From Myxococcota bacterium (lineage in GTDB: Bacteria > Myxococcota_A > SURF-8), in NCBI GenBank assembly GCA_963674735.2, contig CAXXQS010000001.1, positions 672,001-736,000 on the forward strand: a DNA stretch of 64,000 nucleotides, read 5' to 3'. The notes under the pieces were generated by a model that saw nothing but the letters and a program-made list of their open reading frames with translations, made no database searches and was not told where the DNA came from. Made by a program: the position numbers and the translations under genes. This document shows, piece by piece, positions 18,313 through 28,307 of the stretch (positions are counted from its first letter, which is position 1; each line of letters opens with the position of its first letter).

Positions 18313-19923
18313 TTACGACTCCAGCTCATAGCCCCAAAGGCGATTCCGATAGTAATATAGAAGATTCATATCGCCGACGAACAGACGGTCACCTCGTCGT
18401 TCAAGTACCGGTTTGAAATGATAGCTTCCAAATAGGCGCAAGGCCCGATCAACGACGTCTTGAGCGGACCGGTTAAGCGGGGTTTCCGCGAGCTTGATTT
18501 CCCCCAGCTTTTCCAGATTTCTGAGCTGGCTTAGAGTCTGGTCGGTAGATCGGTAGACTGTGGGCATTGGCAGGGATGCTTCAGCCGCCGTTTGCCGAAG
18601 GAATCGGTAGAAGTCTGGATCCGGTTTGATATCAAGCAGTTTTTGGAAAACCGTCCACGCCAGTACGTGGGTGGATGAGATGACGGAATCGGTGGCGAGC
18701 GACTGGGTAAGCTTACTGGCCAGATCACGTGTATACTGAGCATCACGCATCGGTTCTGAGATGATTTGACCGTCTTGCATTACGTAGCGTTTAAGATCGA
18801 TGGGGCGCCCTGTTCCGTCGATCGAGTTTCCGTGCTCGTCGACCACATTTCCAAAGGGATCAAGCGGTTGTCCGAAATTGAAATAGATACTGGCATCCAT
18901 TCGTACCAGATTTCGCATAAAGGACCAGATGCGGTCGAGCTTGCTGAATTCATCATCTTCAATGATGAATCGGGATTTTCCAGCCTCTTTCAAGTGATCC
19001 TCAATCAATGTTTCCGCTTCAAGAACGAGTTGATAGTTGATCGTGCAGGGGACGATATACACGTTGGGCTTCTGTGACGCGTTGGCAAAGTTGTTGATCA
19101 ATGCGGAAAGTCCGCAGCCGAGCAACCCCAGTTTCAGTTTTTTTTCAATGGCGCCGGAACGGCTGCGTGTGCCGCCGGGAAAAAACAGGTTGTCGTAACC
19201 CAGTTCCATACTGGTGGTGGCGTATTCCTTGAGAATTTCCTTATAAAGCCGGTGCTTTTTACGTCGGTCGACTTTGTATGCGCCCAGGCGCTGCATGAAA
19301 AAACCCAGGAATTTGTTGTAGAACAGATTTAAACCGGCACCGTAGCAAACCGGAGGCAGATTGGCCATGTAGATGGCGTAGCCGGCGATAATAGAATCGA
19401 GGTTTGAGGAATGAGTGGGAACGAAGATGAGGATTCCTTTTTTGCGAAGTCGGTGAAGCTGCTGGATATCACCTCCCAGATGAATGTTGTCGGCCACGTC
19501 GGGTAAATGCGGAAAATGGTTGACTAGCTTCAGCGGTGACAATCCATTTAGCAGGATGCCGAGTGCGCGCGGAAGAATTCGAGTGGAAATGTCGTAAGTC
19601 GGTTGATCGAAGTGGCCAACTATTTCTGAAACATGGTGTCGAATGATTTCCTCTGCGATTTGCTTTTTTTCGCTTTCGCTGGCGCTTTTCATTCGGTTTT
19701 GGAGGTTGTTTAGGTGGCGTCGGTCTTCTTTCGCGTTGACCGCTTGTTGATCGGTATCAAGACGGCGTGTCTCGTAATAAAAAACTTCGTGGACAAGGTT
19801 GTCAAGGTAGGCATTGCGGCTGGAATCTGCACGGGCCAGGGTTCGTTCATATACCCGTCTCGTAACCTCAACGGTAATGCGCTCTATGTCTTTGGATTGC
19901 ATCCCCTCGACCTCCCTCGGCAC
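18313..19923 (-). CDS. Glycerol-3-phosphate/DHAP acyltransferase, PlsB-like
   Basis: HSSNLD (HxxxxD), GAGLNL, LGAYKVDR, FFPGGTRSRSG, KLGLL and IVPCTINY acyltransferase blocks. Confidence 0.85.
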   Translation of the reverse strand: MPREVEGMQSKDIERITVEVTRRVYERTLARADSSRNAYLDNLVHEVFYYETRRLDTDQQAVNAKEDRRHLNNLQNRMKSASESEKKQIAEEIIRHHVSEIVGHFDQPTYDISTRILPRALGILLNGLSPLKLVNHFPHLPDVADNIHLGGDIQQLHRLRKKGILIFVPTHSSNLDSIIAGYAIYMANLPPVCYGAGLNLFYNKFLGFFMQRLGAYKVDRRKKHRLYKEILKEYATTSMELGYDNLFFPGGTRSRSGAIEKKLKLGLLGCGLSALINNFANASQKPNVYIVPCTINYQLVLEAETLIEDHLKEAGKSRFIIEDDEFSKLDRIWSFMRNLVRMDASIYFNFGQPLDPFGNVVDEHGNSIDGTGRPIDLKRYVMQDGQIISEPMRDAQYTRDLASKLTQSLATDSVISSTHVLAWTVFQKLLDIKPDPDFYRFLRQTAAEASLPMPTVYRSTDQTLSQLRNLEKLGEIKLAETPLNRSAQDVVDRALRLFGSYHFKPVLERRGDRLFVGDMNLLYYYRNRLWGYELES

Positions 19924-20198
19924 TCGTCTCGCTGGTTGTTCGATCGATCCGGTACAAAGAAGATCCGTTTCTGCTTCCGTCCCCGCCCGTGACTGGGTTA
20001 CCTCATTGTTTTGGCTGCTTGAAACAGTTTAACCAATGCTCGAAGCAAGTGCAAACCGAAATCATTGCTGTATTCGAACGTCGAGATCGAGTGCGTGTCG
20101 GGGGTATGTGTCGGTTGCCGGATTGCGGGCATGAAAAAACCCATCGCCTTCCGGCCGATACCGGGAGACGATGGGTGTATGGGCGGAGTTCCGTGAAT

Positions 20199-22730
20199 TT
20201 ACTTCTCGGCTTTTTCCACTTCCACGGGTTTCGATAGGGTGATAACGGCTTTCGCTTTTTCCTGGATTTCTTTCCAATCATAAAGCATCGGGGCGTATTT
20301 CACATTCAACCACATGGGGTGCTGATCTCCGTAATGCGGCGAGGCGGGCCAACCCGATGTGCCGGTATCGGAAATCCAATAGCCGTGATCGATATCGCCA
20401 AAGTCGACAATCATGCGATAGGCCGGACCGGCCAGAGCACGGAACGGCGTTTTGGGGTGCCCCAGATCGAAGTGCGACTTCCATACGGAATCGAGGCCAC
20501 CACCCACCGGGAACGGCGGCAGATTGATAAAATTGGCCAGCGCTTTTTTCGAGCCGAAGAAGTGGGTCATGTGAATTTCGTGCAGTTTTCCCCATTGCCA
20601 ATCGGAGGGACTGTCTCCCTGCTTTTCCGCCAATTGCGCCACTGCACGTTTGAAGGCGGGCACCAAGACGTCCGCGCGCAGCTCAACGTTGTCGCTACCG
20701 CGGTTGTCCCATACCACATGGTCGCTCCGGTCGAACCAGAGATCGGCCACGTTGGTTGAGTAGCGTTGCGACATGATGAAGGCGAAGCCATGCGGATCTA
20801 CTTCATCCATCAGCGCGTGCATGATCGCTTCACGGTACGTAACAAAGAAAACGGCCGTGCTTGCGGAATCAACGGATGCGACGTAGTTCCAGTCGTTCAT
20901 CAGTTTCAGAGCCTGCTGCTCCATCTCGGTGAGATTGGTGGCTTTGTTCAGGTCTTCCAGAATGTGCGGCAGCACACGCTGGGCACGCTTCAGCAACACA
21001 TCGCCTTGAATCTCGGCCATGCTGGTCCAGTCATGCTTGGGTTTGGCTTCAAGCAGTTCGGTAATGCGGTCTACACGATAGGACGGCGCACTGTCGATGT
21101 TGAAGAACATGTCGTTATGTTCGGGATTGATCATCAGATTGTTGCCGTGGGCGAAGAATCCGGATTTTTTAATCGCTTGAGGATTTTTGTCGGGCATCAG
21201 AAAACCTGCCCATTCGTATTTGTCCAACCAGCCGGGAACCGGGAAAGTGCCCAGGTGGCTGGTGCGTACCGGGACGGCTCCGGTTGCGAAGATGGCAATG
21301 CTGCCGTGTACGTCCGCCGCTAAAATCGTATTGGAAAGGGCCGTCATCTTATGTAACGCGCCCATCAGTTCTTCGACTGTTTCGGACATGTTGGCATTGC
21401 GGAAGGCGGCCAGACTTTCGGGGACACCGATGGGATTCCAGCGATAGGTGACCGCCGGGGCCCATTCGGGGAACTTGGTGGGGTACATGTCGTTGAGAAC
21501 CGGACCGTGGATGCTGCGGCGAATTGTGAAGCTCTTTTCCGTAAACTTTTTGCCATCGCGTACACGGATGACATGTTTTTCGAGTTTGTAGTCTTCGGGT
21601 CCCAGGGCCGTGATATAACCGTTGGGATTGTCGGGATCGGGTTTTTCGATATACAGATCGATCACGTCGGCCACGGAAGAGGTGACACCCCAAGCCACGT
21701 TCCGATTGTGGCCGGAGAAGATGTAGGGTAAGCCAGCTACGGTGGCGCCGATGACGTCGATACCCGGTGCTTTAATATGTTGTTGATAGAAGAACGACGG
21801 CAGGAAATGGGACATGTGCGGGTCGCTGGCTACCAGTGGGAGCCCTGAGGCGGAACGGTCGCCACTGACCGCCCACGCGTTGGACGCACCCGACAACCGT
21901 ACGATGGCGTGTCCGAAATTGGTCCAAGCCGCCATCACCTTGTCGGCATCGACGGGGGCGTAGGGCCGGGGTTTGATGATCTCGGCCAGTTCGGGTGCAA
22001 TGGCGGGAAGCAGTTCGCGCGTGACGTCTTTGTCGGGAATACTCATGCCGCCGTGCCAGTATTCGCTATTGTAAATCTGTTCGCCACGTTCGAGCCCCAC
22101 ACTCAAGGCCAATAAGAGCCGTGAGGTTTCCTGGTGCCAGTTGTGGGTGATTCCCCAAGCGACGATGCGGCCAAGGGCGTAACTGTCTTCGATGGTCCAA
22201 GGTTTCGGTTCAACACCCAACAGGCGATACTCCAGAGGCATATGCAATTTCAGAGAGTGATTGACTCCGTCGACAAAAGCCTGCATGCGTTGGCGTTCTT
22301 CGGGACTCAACCCCTTCACGTCTTCTTTGACGGCGCTATCGAAGCCCCAACCGCGCATGGAGAGATCGACGTCGATGGTGGTGCCTGCCAGGACGCCCAC
22401 TTCTTGCTCTCCGAGAAGTTCGGCGACTTGCCCGCGAGCGAAGCGACGGAACATATCCATCCCGAAGAACCGGTCGCGACCCTGTACATAGCCGACTGCG
22501 CGCAGTAGATCCAACTCGTTGCTTGCCTCGATATGTGCTACGCCGATTTCATCGAAGTAGATGGTCGCGACACCCGACAATCCCGGCAAATCGAGATTTT
22601 CAGTTTTATACTCGGGGAAATCCGGGTTCATTTTATAACCGATGAACTCGGTGGCTGCACAGCCTGCAAGCGCCAGGATTGCAATGAGCATCAGTACGCA
22701 TTCAACTAGTCGTTTCCTCGTATTGGTCAT
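20199..22730 (-). CDS. Penicillin acylase family (peptidase S45) lipoprotein
   Basis: Lipobox LAGC; GVAHIEA, GYVQGRDR, GASNAWAVSG (Ser nucleophile), ASDPH, GHNRNVAWG, GTSGWPASPHYGDQ. Confidence 0.93.
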   Translation of the reverse strand: MTNTRKRLVECVLMLIAILALAGCAATEFIGYKMNPDFPEYKTENLDLPGLSGVATIYFDEIGVAHIEASNELDLLRAVGYVQGRDRFFGMDMFRRFARGQVAELLGEQEVGVLAGTTIDVDLSMRGWGFDSAVKEDVKGLSPEERQRMQAFVDGVNHSLKLHMPLEYRLLGVEPKPWTIEDSYALGRIVAWGITHNWHQETSRLLLALSVGLERGEQIYNSEYWHGGMSIPDKDVTRELLPAIAPELAEIIKPRPYAPVDADKVMAAWTNFGHAIVRLSGASNAWAVSGDRSASGLPLVASDPHMSHFLPSFFYQQHIKAPGIDVIGATVAGLPYIFSGHNRNVAWGVTSSVADVIDLYIEKPDPDNPNGYITALGPEDYKLEKHVIRVRDGKKFTEKSFTIRRSIHGPVLNDMYPTKFPEWAPAVTYRWNPIGVPESLAAFRNANMSETVEELMGALHKMTALSNTILAADVHGSIAIFATGAVPVRTSHLGTFPVPGWLDKYEWAGFLMPDKNPQAIKKSGFFAHGNNLMINPEHNDMFFNIDSAPSYRVDRITELLEAKPKHDWTSMAEIQGDVLLKRAQRVLPHILEDLNKATNLTEMEQQALKLMNDWNYVASVDSASTAVFFVTYREAIMHALMDEVDPHGFAFIMSQRYSTNVADLWFDRSDHVVWDNRGSDNVELRADVLVPAFKRAVAQLAEKQGDSPSDWQWGKLHEIHMTHFFGSKKALANFINLPPFPVGGGLDSVWKSHFDLGHPKTPFRALAGPAYRMIVDFGDIDHGYWISDTGTSGWPASPHYGDQHPMWLNVKYAPMLYDWKEIQEKAKAVITLSKPVEVEKAEK

Positions 22731-22820
22731 CGTCTCAAACTCCTTTCAACGGGAATTCATCACACAGTGTATCTGTCACAAAATCCTGTTTGCATGATCA
22801 GAAAAATCAAGGTCAACACC

Positions 22821-24050
22821 TTACCAGAACTTCATCGGAATTTGAATGCCTCCCTGTATAACATCGGCGGCCCGCGTGTTTTTGCCTGGGATCAAACTCA
22901 AGGTGCGGTAGCCGGCATACAACTGGAACGGAGCGCCCAAACGCAAGAAACTGAACGTGATTTTAGCGCCAAGCATGTTCTTATAACCGGGGCGCCAATC
23001 GTCTTCCTGCTCCCAATCCCAGAGATCCGATTCGGAAGTGTAGTCGGTCTGTTGGAGGTGAATAAACGTATAGCGTAGCGACAACGAGATCAGGGGTGGT
23101 AGCGATTTCGCTTTTTCCGTATCGCCTTTGACCAGCCAAGTACCCCAAGCCGGACCTTTATAAGCGACGACGTCCGCTTCGAAAGAGAAGCCAGTGAAAT
23201 CGCCGGGATCGATCGTATAGGTGTCGCCGATGTAAAGGGCGTAGTTGAGCAGTAGAGGGTTGATCTCACCACGCGCTGATGTGTAGGTATGTTCGAAGAA
23301 AATCTCATAGAAAAAATCCAGGCCGAGAGTCAAGTAGCCATCCAATTCTTCTTCGAAGGTTTTATCGATACCCAAGTGGAAGTTAAGTTCTCCTTGAGCG
23401 TGGAGATCCCACATGGACGTTCCGGCCGAAACCACTTCTTCGGGGTCTTTGCTCTTGCCGGTCGGGATCATTCCCATGATGGATAGGGCGCTATGCAGGC
23501 CGATATCCTGGAAGAAACCAATGCGCCGAGTCCATTGGTAACGCATTCCCAGAGCGATGTCGGAAAGGACACCCTTGTTGCCGCTCCAGTTGCCCGGCTT
23601 GGGTTGTCCCATGCTTTCGGCGAATTCCCAGAAATCATCTTCGGAGTAAGCGCGTCCAAGGGTTGGTTGGTATTGGCCGACTTCCCAGCTGAAGTTCGGT
23701 TGGACGGATGATTTCAAGACGATCGGGATGCCGAAGCCGACGCTCAGATCGTCCAGGATTCCATATTGAAGCATCGGAATGAGAACCTGAAACTGAGCTT
23801 CCGCATCCACTTTAAGAACCCCCTGCAGACCGCCGCCGGGTTCATAACGTTCGATTTCCTCGATGATGGGAGCGTTTTTCCCCTCGTTGTCCCAGCGGCT
23901 GTCGACGAGTGAATAATTGTAGCTGACGTCGAGAAGGAAGGTGCCCTGGGGCAGGGTTTGTGCAAAGCGGGCGTGAGCGGGCGAGGCCAGCACGCTTAAC
24001 ATGAAAAGGAAAAACACCGTAAGGCCGATTTGTAGATTGAGGTTATTCAT
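22821..24050 (-). CDS. Outer-membrane beta-barrel protein (putative small-molecule channel)
   Basis: Signal peptide ending AHA; amphipathic beta strands (LQYGILDDLSVGFGIPIV, LSDIALGMRYQW, IPTG); aromatic C-terminus KFW. Confidence 0.65.
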   Translation of the reverse strand: MNNLNLQIGLTVFFLFMLSVLASPAHARFAQTLPQGTFLLDVSYNYSLVDSRWDNEGKNAPIIEEIERYEPGGGLQGVLKVDAEAQFQVLIPMLQYGILDDLSVGFGIPIVLKSSVQPNFSWEVGQYQPTLGRAYSEDDFWEFAESMGQPKPGNWSGNKGVLSDIALGMRYQWTRRIGFFQDIGLHSALSIMGMIPTGKSKDPEEVVSAGTSMWDLHAQGELNFHLGIDKTFEEELDGYLTLGLDFFYEIFFEHTYTSARGEINPLLLNYALYIGDTYTIDPGDFTGFSFEADVVAYKGPAWGTWLVKGDTEKAKSLPPLISLSLRYTFIHLQQTDYTSESDLWDWEQEDDWRPGYKNMLGAKITFSFLRLGAPFQLYAGYRTLSLIPGKNTRAADVIQGGIQIPMKFW

Positions 24051-26008
24051 TATTCCACCCCCTTCTCAAGAGCAACCTTGAGATCGACTTCCAAAAACGG
24101 CATAGCCGTAGCCGGAACGGACCCCATGGCAAAGTGAACTTTGCCTTTCGCGGGCTCGAAGATGGTGGAAATCATGGAATCATGTTCATCGACAAGTTGG
24201 GGAGTCCGGAGGATCTGTGCCGTCTTCCAAACATCCAACTTTCCATAGTTGTTACCAATTAGTTCCCCAAGCAAGTGGTAGGCCCGCAAGCTACGGTAGT
24301 AGAAACTAGTCCACACCCGCTGAGGTTTAAGCATAAAGCCGATGATGTTGGTTCCGTCGGGAACGTCATTTGTATTTACGGCGTAATGACTGGCCATGCG
24401 TATGTCGTCTGGGCCGAAACTACTTGGCTGATTCGGTTCTTCGGGGTCGTAGACAAAGACGCCACCATCGTCCGTGTTGAATTCGTTCGAATCCATTTCA
24501 ACGGCGCGGATGTCTCCCGCCGCATCGGCGAGCAAGACATTCCAGCCAAAAGCGGGCTTGTGCGTGCGCAGGTAATCGACGCCATCCGATGTCTCATTTC
24601 CTGTTTTCAGGATCTCGCGGCCCATGATTCCGATCGGAACGCCACTGGCCAGCAGGTGAGCCATGAAGAGGTCGTGGCTCACTTCCCCCGCCATGGAATT
24701 GTCGAGAGAATCGGAGTTGTTGAAAGAGAAGGTGACACCTTCCGTGTTCATTCCGGAGAATCCCCAAACGATACCGGTGTAGCCGAACGTTGCGTGCGGG
24801 ATACCGTTTTGCGGTTTATGTATGAACATCACTGTGTGTTTGTGGGTGGTGTCGGAGTCGAGTAACGCGTAATGGTGGGCGGCAATCGGGTCTCCGTCCA
24901 CGGTTGCCGAGCCGCGCATGGCAAAACTGATCGAGGGAGGCTGAGTGCGACCGTCTTCCTCTGCACGGTTGGGAGTATCCGCTAGGGATTTTCCGTAGCC
25001 GACGGTCGAGAAAGTAAACCATTCGTCACGCATGAAACGGGCGTGTAGAGGCGGAACATGCCCCAATGAGAGGTCGCCAACCTGCAGCAAGATGGAAATA
25101 TCGGCGGCTGGCGGGAATCCGCCATCCGGAGTGAATAGAATTTCGACTGTACCCTCGTCGTTGATTACGGTGGTGATAATAGCAGCGTTTGGTGATTCGT
25201 ATACGGTGTCGTTTACCTGAATTCGAATAGAATCCGGGTCAACGCCTTGAATATCAAGCGGATTTTTGTTGACGCCGATTTTCTGATCGGCCACGACGAA
25301 GCGGATGCTGGAGTCGGTGGGTACTTCACGCATAATAGCAACGGGAGATGGTTCGTAAGGTTTGAGCAACGCTTCATCGGCTTCGTCGGCGTCGCCGTTT
25401 TCGTTGTTGTCAATTTCATCATGCTCAAGATCGGTGACAAACTCGATTTCCTGGATGTAAGGCGACTGAATTTGGCGGATGAAGAAGGTGATGGCCCGGA
25501 AGGTCAGCATGGTATCGAAGAGGGTGTTCAGGATTAAGATCTCTTCGTAGGGCATGCCGGAACCATCTGCGATTCCGTGCATCTCATCGATGTATTCTTG
25601 TGGAATATCTTTCTCGAGATTTTCCCCACTTTCTTTCATGAGAAGATATGAAAACCCACATTTTTCACGGCAGCGGTCGGTGCAACCGGCTAAACATTCT
25701 TTTTCCCAAGCTTCGTAGTAGCTATCAAGGTCTTCATTTTCATCCACTTTATATTCAAGTAGGACATCGGAGACATCCTCCTGTTCTCGATTGAGGTAAG
25801 GCAAGAGGGAATTGGGTAAAAGGCTTGCGTAAAGGGAGCGAATGCGGTTTGAAAATCGCTCGCCATGTTTAAAACCTCGCTCGTAGGGGGTTCCCTCCAA
25901 CACCATGATTTCGAAATGCGAGGGCTGCTTGGCTTCATCGCAAGCGATACAGATTGTGATAAGCGCCAGCACAAACAACATCGGGGTTATGATTACTGCT
26001 CTACTCAT
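24050..26008 (-). CDS. C45-family (acyl-CoA:6-APA acyltransferase/acid ceramidase-like) Ntn-hydrolase lipoprotein, atypical
   Basis: GAGGAG RBS at 26013-26018; lipobox CIAC; GTPYERGFKHG, EMHGIADGSG, SFAMRGSATVDG, SGMNTEG. Confidence 0.75.
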   Translation of the reverse strand: MSRAVIITPMLFVLALITICIACDEAKQPSHFEIMVLEGTPYERGFKHGERFSNRIRSLYASLLPNSLLPYLNREQEDVSDVLLEYKVDENEDLDSYYEAWEKECLAGCTDRCREKCGFSYLLMKESGENLEKDIPQEYIDEMHGIADGSGMPYEEILILNTLFDTMLTFRAITFFIRQIQSPYIQEIEFVTDLEHDEIDNNENGDADEADEALLKPYEPSPVAIMREVPTDSSIRFVVADQKIGVNKNPLDIQGVDPDSIRIQVNDTVYESPNAAIITTVINDEGTVEILFTPDGGFPPAADISILLQVGDLSLGHVPPLHARFMRDEWFTFSTVGYGKSLADTPNRAEEDGRTQPPSISFAMRGSATVDGDPIAAHHYALLDSDTTHKHTVMFIHKPQNGIPHATFGYTGIVWGFSGMNTEGVTFSFNNSDSLDNSMAGEVSHDLFMAHLLASGVPIGIMGREILKTGNETSDGVDYLRTHKPAFGWNVLLADAAGDIRAVEMDSNEFNTDDGGVFVYDPEEPNQPSSFGPDDIRMASHYAVNTNDVPDGTNIIGFMLKPQRVWTSFYYRSLRAYHLLGELIGNNYGKLDVWKTAQILRTPQLVDEHDSMISTIFEPAKGKVHFAMGSVPATAMPFLEVDLKVALEKGVE

Positions 26009-27002
26009 CATACTCCTCAGCTCCGGTGTATTTGGAAAATCCACAACCGACCGACCGGAAATGACTTCGGTTCGGCGTGAGTGCCACATTAAAAAACATC
26101 GGGATATCGGGGCGTTGCGAAAGATACAGATGTACGCGAATTCACCCTTCGAGAATTCATATTTTGCGCCATCGTATTTGTTTGTTGTACAAGCTTGGCC
26201 CTTTATCCGCTTTCACGTCACTGATCACATTCCACATTCAAGAGCACGAAGCGATTTTCGATTTCGGGAGACGACCCGATCCCAAGAGGTGCGGGTTACA
26301 TGCTTGCCCGGTTGACGAAACCTCTGAAATTATGGGTGAAATGCAGCATGTGGGAGATCAAAAGAAGAGGTGCATCCCATGTGAAAAGGTTCTCGATTCA
26401 AGCTCGGGATTCCCAAAACGTCAAAAGGTTAACACGATGCAAGATCAAGTCAACGAATTTTGCCGATAATTATCCGATTTTTGACGAATCCCTGCTTAAT
26501 GTGCAATTATACCAAATAAGATGTGCTTCACTTATTTATAAACACCTATATTACAAGCTGTTTTCAGATATGGAAAATATGTTGTATTATCTTGAAGTTT
26601 CAGAAAAGTTTACAATATAGACAAATGAAATCTGGTTATATCTGATAAAACGAGAAATTATTGGTAATTTGAATGGGTATTGGTTACAACTACAATTCAG
26701 AATAAAGGTGCCATCTTCGTGAATGGCTTACCTTTCGATCTTTCAGGCAGCAAATTCAAGATGTTCCCCATCTCTTTTTTTACATGCGTGAAATAAAGAG
26801 ATCATTCGTTTTCAGCGCTGGCCATGGTTTATGCGCTGCGTTGAAAGTCGGTCAGAATCATCCCAAGTTAAAGTGACTAAGATATGAAACCAACGGGATG
26901 AACGAGGGTTGGCCGACAACTGAGTGAGGCTTCATTCATGGCGGGACGGTCAGCCCGGTTTGGACGATCGATCGCCGTCGCGAACATAAGGAGTGGTCGC
27001 AA

Positions 27003-28295
27003 ATGGAAATACCGATCAAGCTTGACGAGAAAAAGCCGGATCTGAAGCAGAAAGCGCTGGAGGTGCTACCGGAAGGAGCGAATCTGGACTTGTGCTTCAC
27101 ATGTGGAACCTGTACCAGTGGTTGCCCGGCCTCAGGGCTGGCCGATATGGACCCCCGCAAGTTTTTGCGTATGGTTCTACTGGGTATGGATGAGGAGATC
27201 AAAGAGAGCAACTGGATTTGGATGTGCACGATGTGCCAACGTTGCATCTCGGCCTGTCCCATGAAAATCGATATACCGCGTTTGGTGTACTACGCTCGTA
27301 CGCTGGTACCACGTGAGGAACGACCGACGGGTATCAAGAAATCGTGTGATTTGCATATCAAATCACAAGGCGGCGCGATGGGAATCCCCAAGGAGGATTT
27401 CGAGTTCGTGGTCGAGGACATGCTTGAAGAAACCCATGAAACACAACCGGACTTTTCCGATATGCCGGCTCCGATCGACAAGGTCGGTGCCAAGTTTTGC
27501 CTGAACCAGAACTCGCGTGAGCCGGTCACCGAGCCGGAGGAAATGGTTCCGCTGTGGAAAATCCTGCACACTGTCGGTGCGGACTGGACTTACCCTTCGC
27601 ACATGTGGGGTGGTGAGAACTACTGTATGTTCCTGGCCGATGATGAAAACTGGGAACACATCATCCGTGAACAAGTGAACCACATCGATAATGTTCTAGG
27701 CTGCGAGTATTACGTCAATACGGAGTGCGGCCATTCTTTCTATGCCATATGGGAAGGTCTCCGTAAATACAAGATTCCGCATAAATTCAAGTTCAAGCAT
27801 GTCGTCGAGCTTTATGCGGAATGGATTCGTGAGGGGAAATTACCCGTCACCCCAGACTGGAACAAAGATCTCGGCATAAAATTTACCTGTCAAGATCCTT
27901 GCCAAGCTGTCCGCAAAACCTTGGGTGACTATTTCGCCCAGGAACTGCGATTCGTGGTTAAGGCGTGTGTCGGCGAAGAAAACTTTATCGACATGGTGCC
28001 CAACAGTATCAACAACTTCTGTTGCGGTGGAGGAGGGGGGACGCTTCAAGCTCCCTTTACCGATGAGCGCCGTGCCTTTGGCAAAACAAAGTTCGATCAG
28101 ATCATCGCGACCGGCGCTAGCTATGTGATTACGCCTTGCCATAACTGCCATGCTCAGGTTCACGATATCGGTGAACATTTCGGCGGCGAATATCACACCA
28201 TCCATTTGTGGACCTTGATCGCGATGTCCATGGGATGGCTTCATGAAAGCGAGCGGACGTATTTGGGCCCCGACCTGATGAAGATCGGTCTGTAG
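27003..28295 (+). CDS. HdrD/DsrK-like Fe-S protein (2x[4Fe-4S] plus CCG domain)
   Basis: CFTCGTCTSGCP and CTMCQRCISACP; DPC..CCGGGGG..PCHNC; AAGGAG RBS. Confidence 0.88.
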   Translation: MEIPIKLDEKKPDLKQKALEVLPEGANLDLCFTCGTCTSGCPASGLADMDPRKFLRMVLLGMDEEIKESNWIWMCTMCQRCISACPMKIDIPRLVYYARTLVPREERPTGIKKSCDLHIKSQGGAMGIPKEDFEFVVEDMLEETHETQPDFSDMPAPIDKVGAKFCLNQNSREPVTEPEEMVPLWKILHTVGADWTYPSHMWGGENYCMFLADDENWEHIIREQVNHIDNVLGCEYYVNTECGHSFYAIWEGLRKYKIPHKFKFKHVVELYAEWIREGKLPVTPDWNKDLGIKFTCQDPCQAVRKTLGDYFAQELRFVVKACVGEENFIDMVPNSINNFCCGGGGGTLQAPFTDERRAFGKTKFDQIIATGASYVITPCHNCHAQVHDIGEHFGGEYHTIHLWTLIAMSMGWLHESERTYLGPDLMKIGL

Positions 28296-28307
28296 AGGAG
28301 GACAAAC

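Noticed and set aside
26819-26834. sigma54 promoters here and at about 54834
   Set aside because: GG-GC spacing is 11 and 9 nt, not the required 10.
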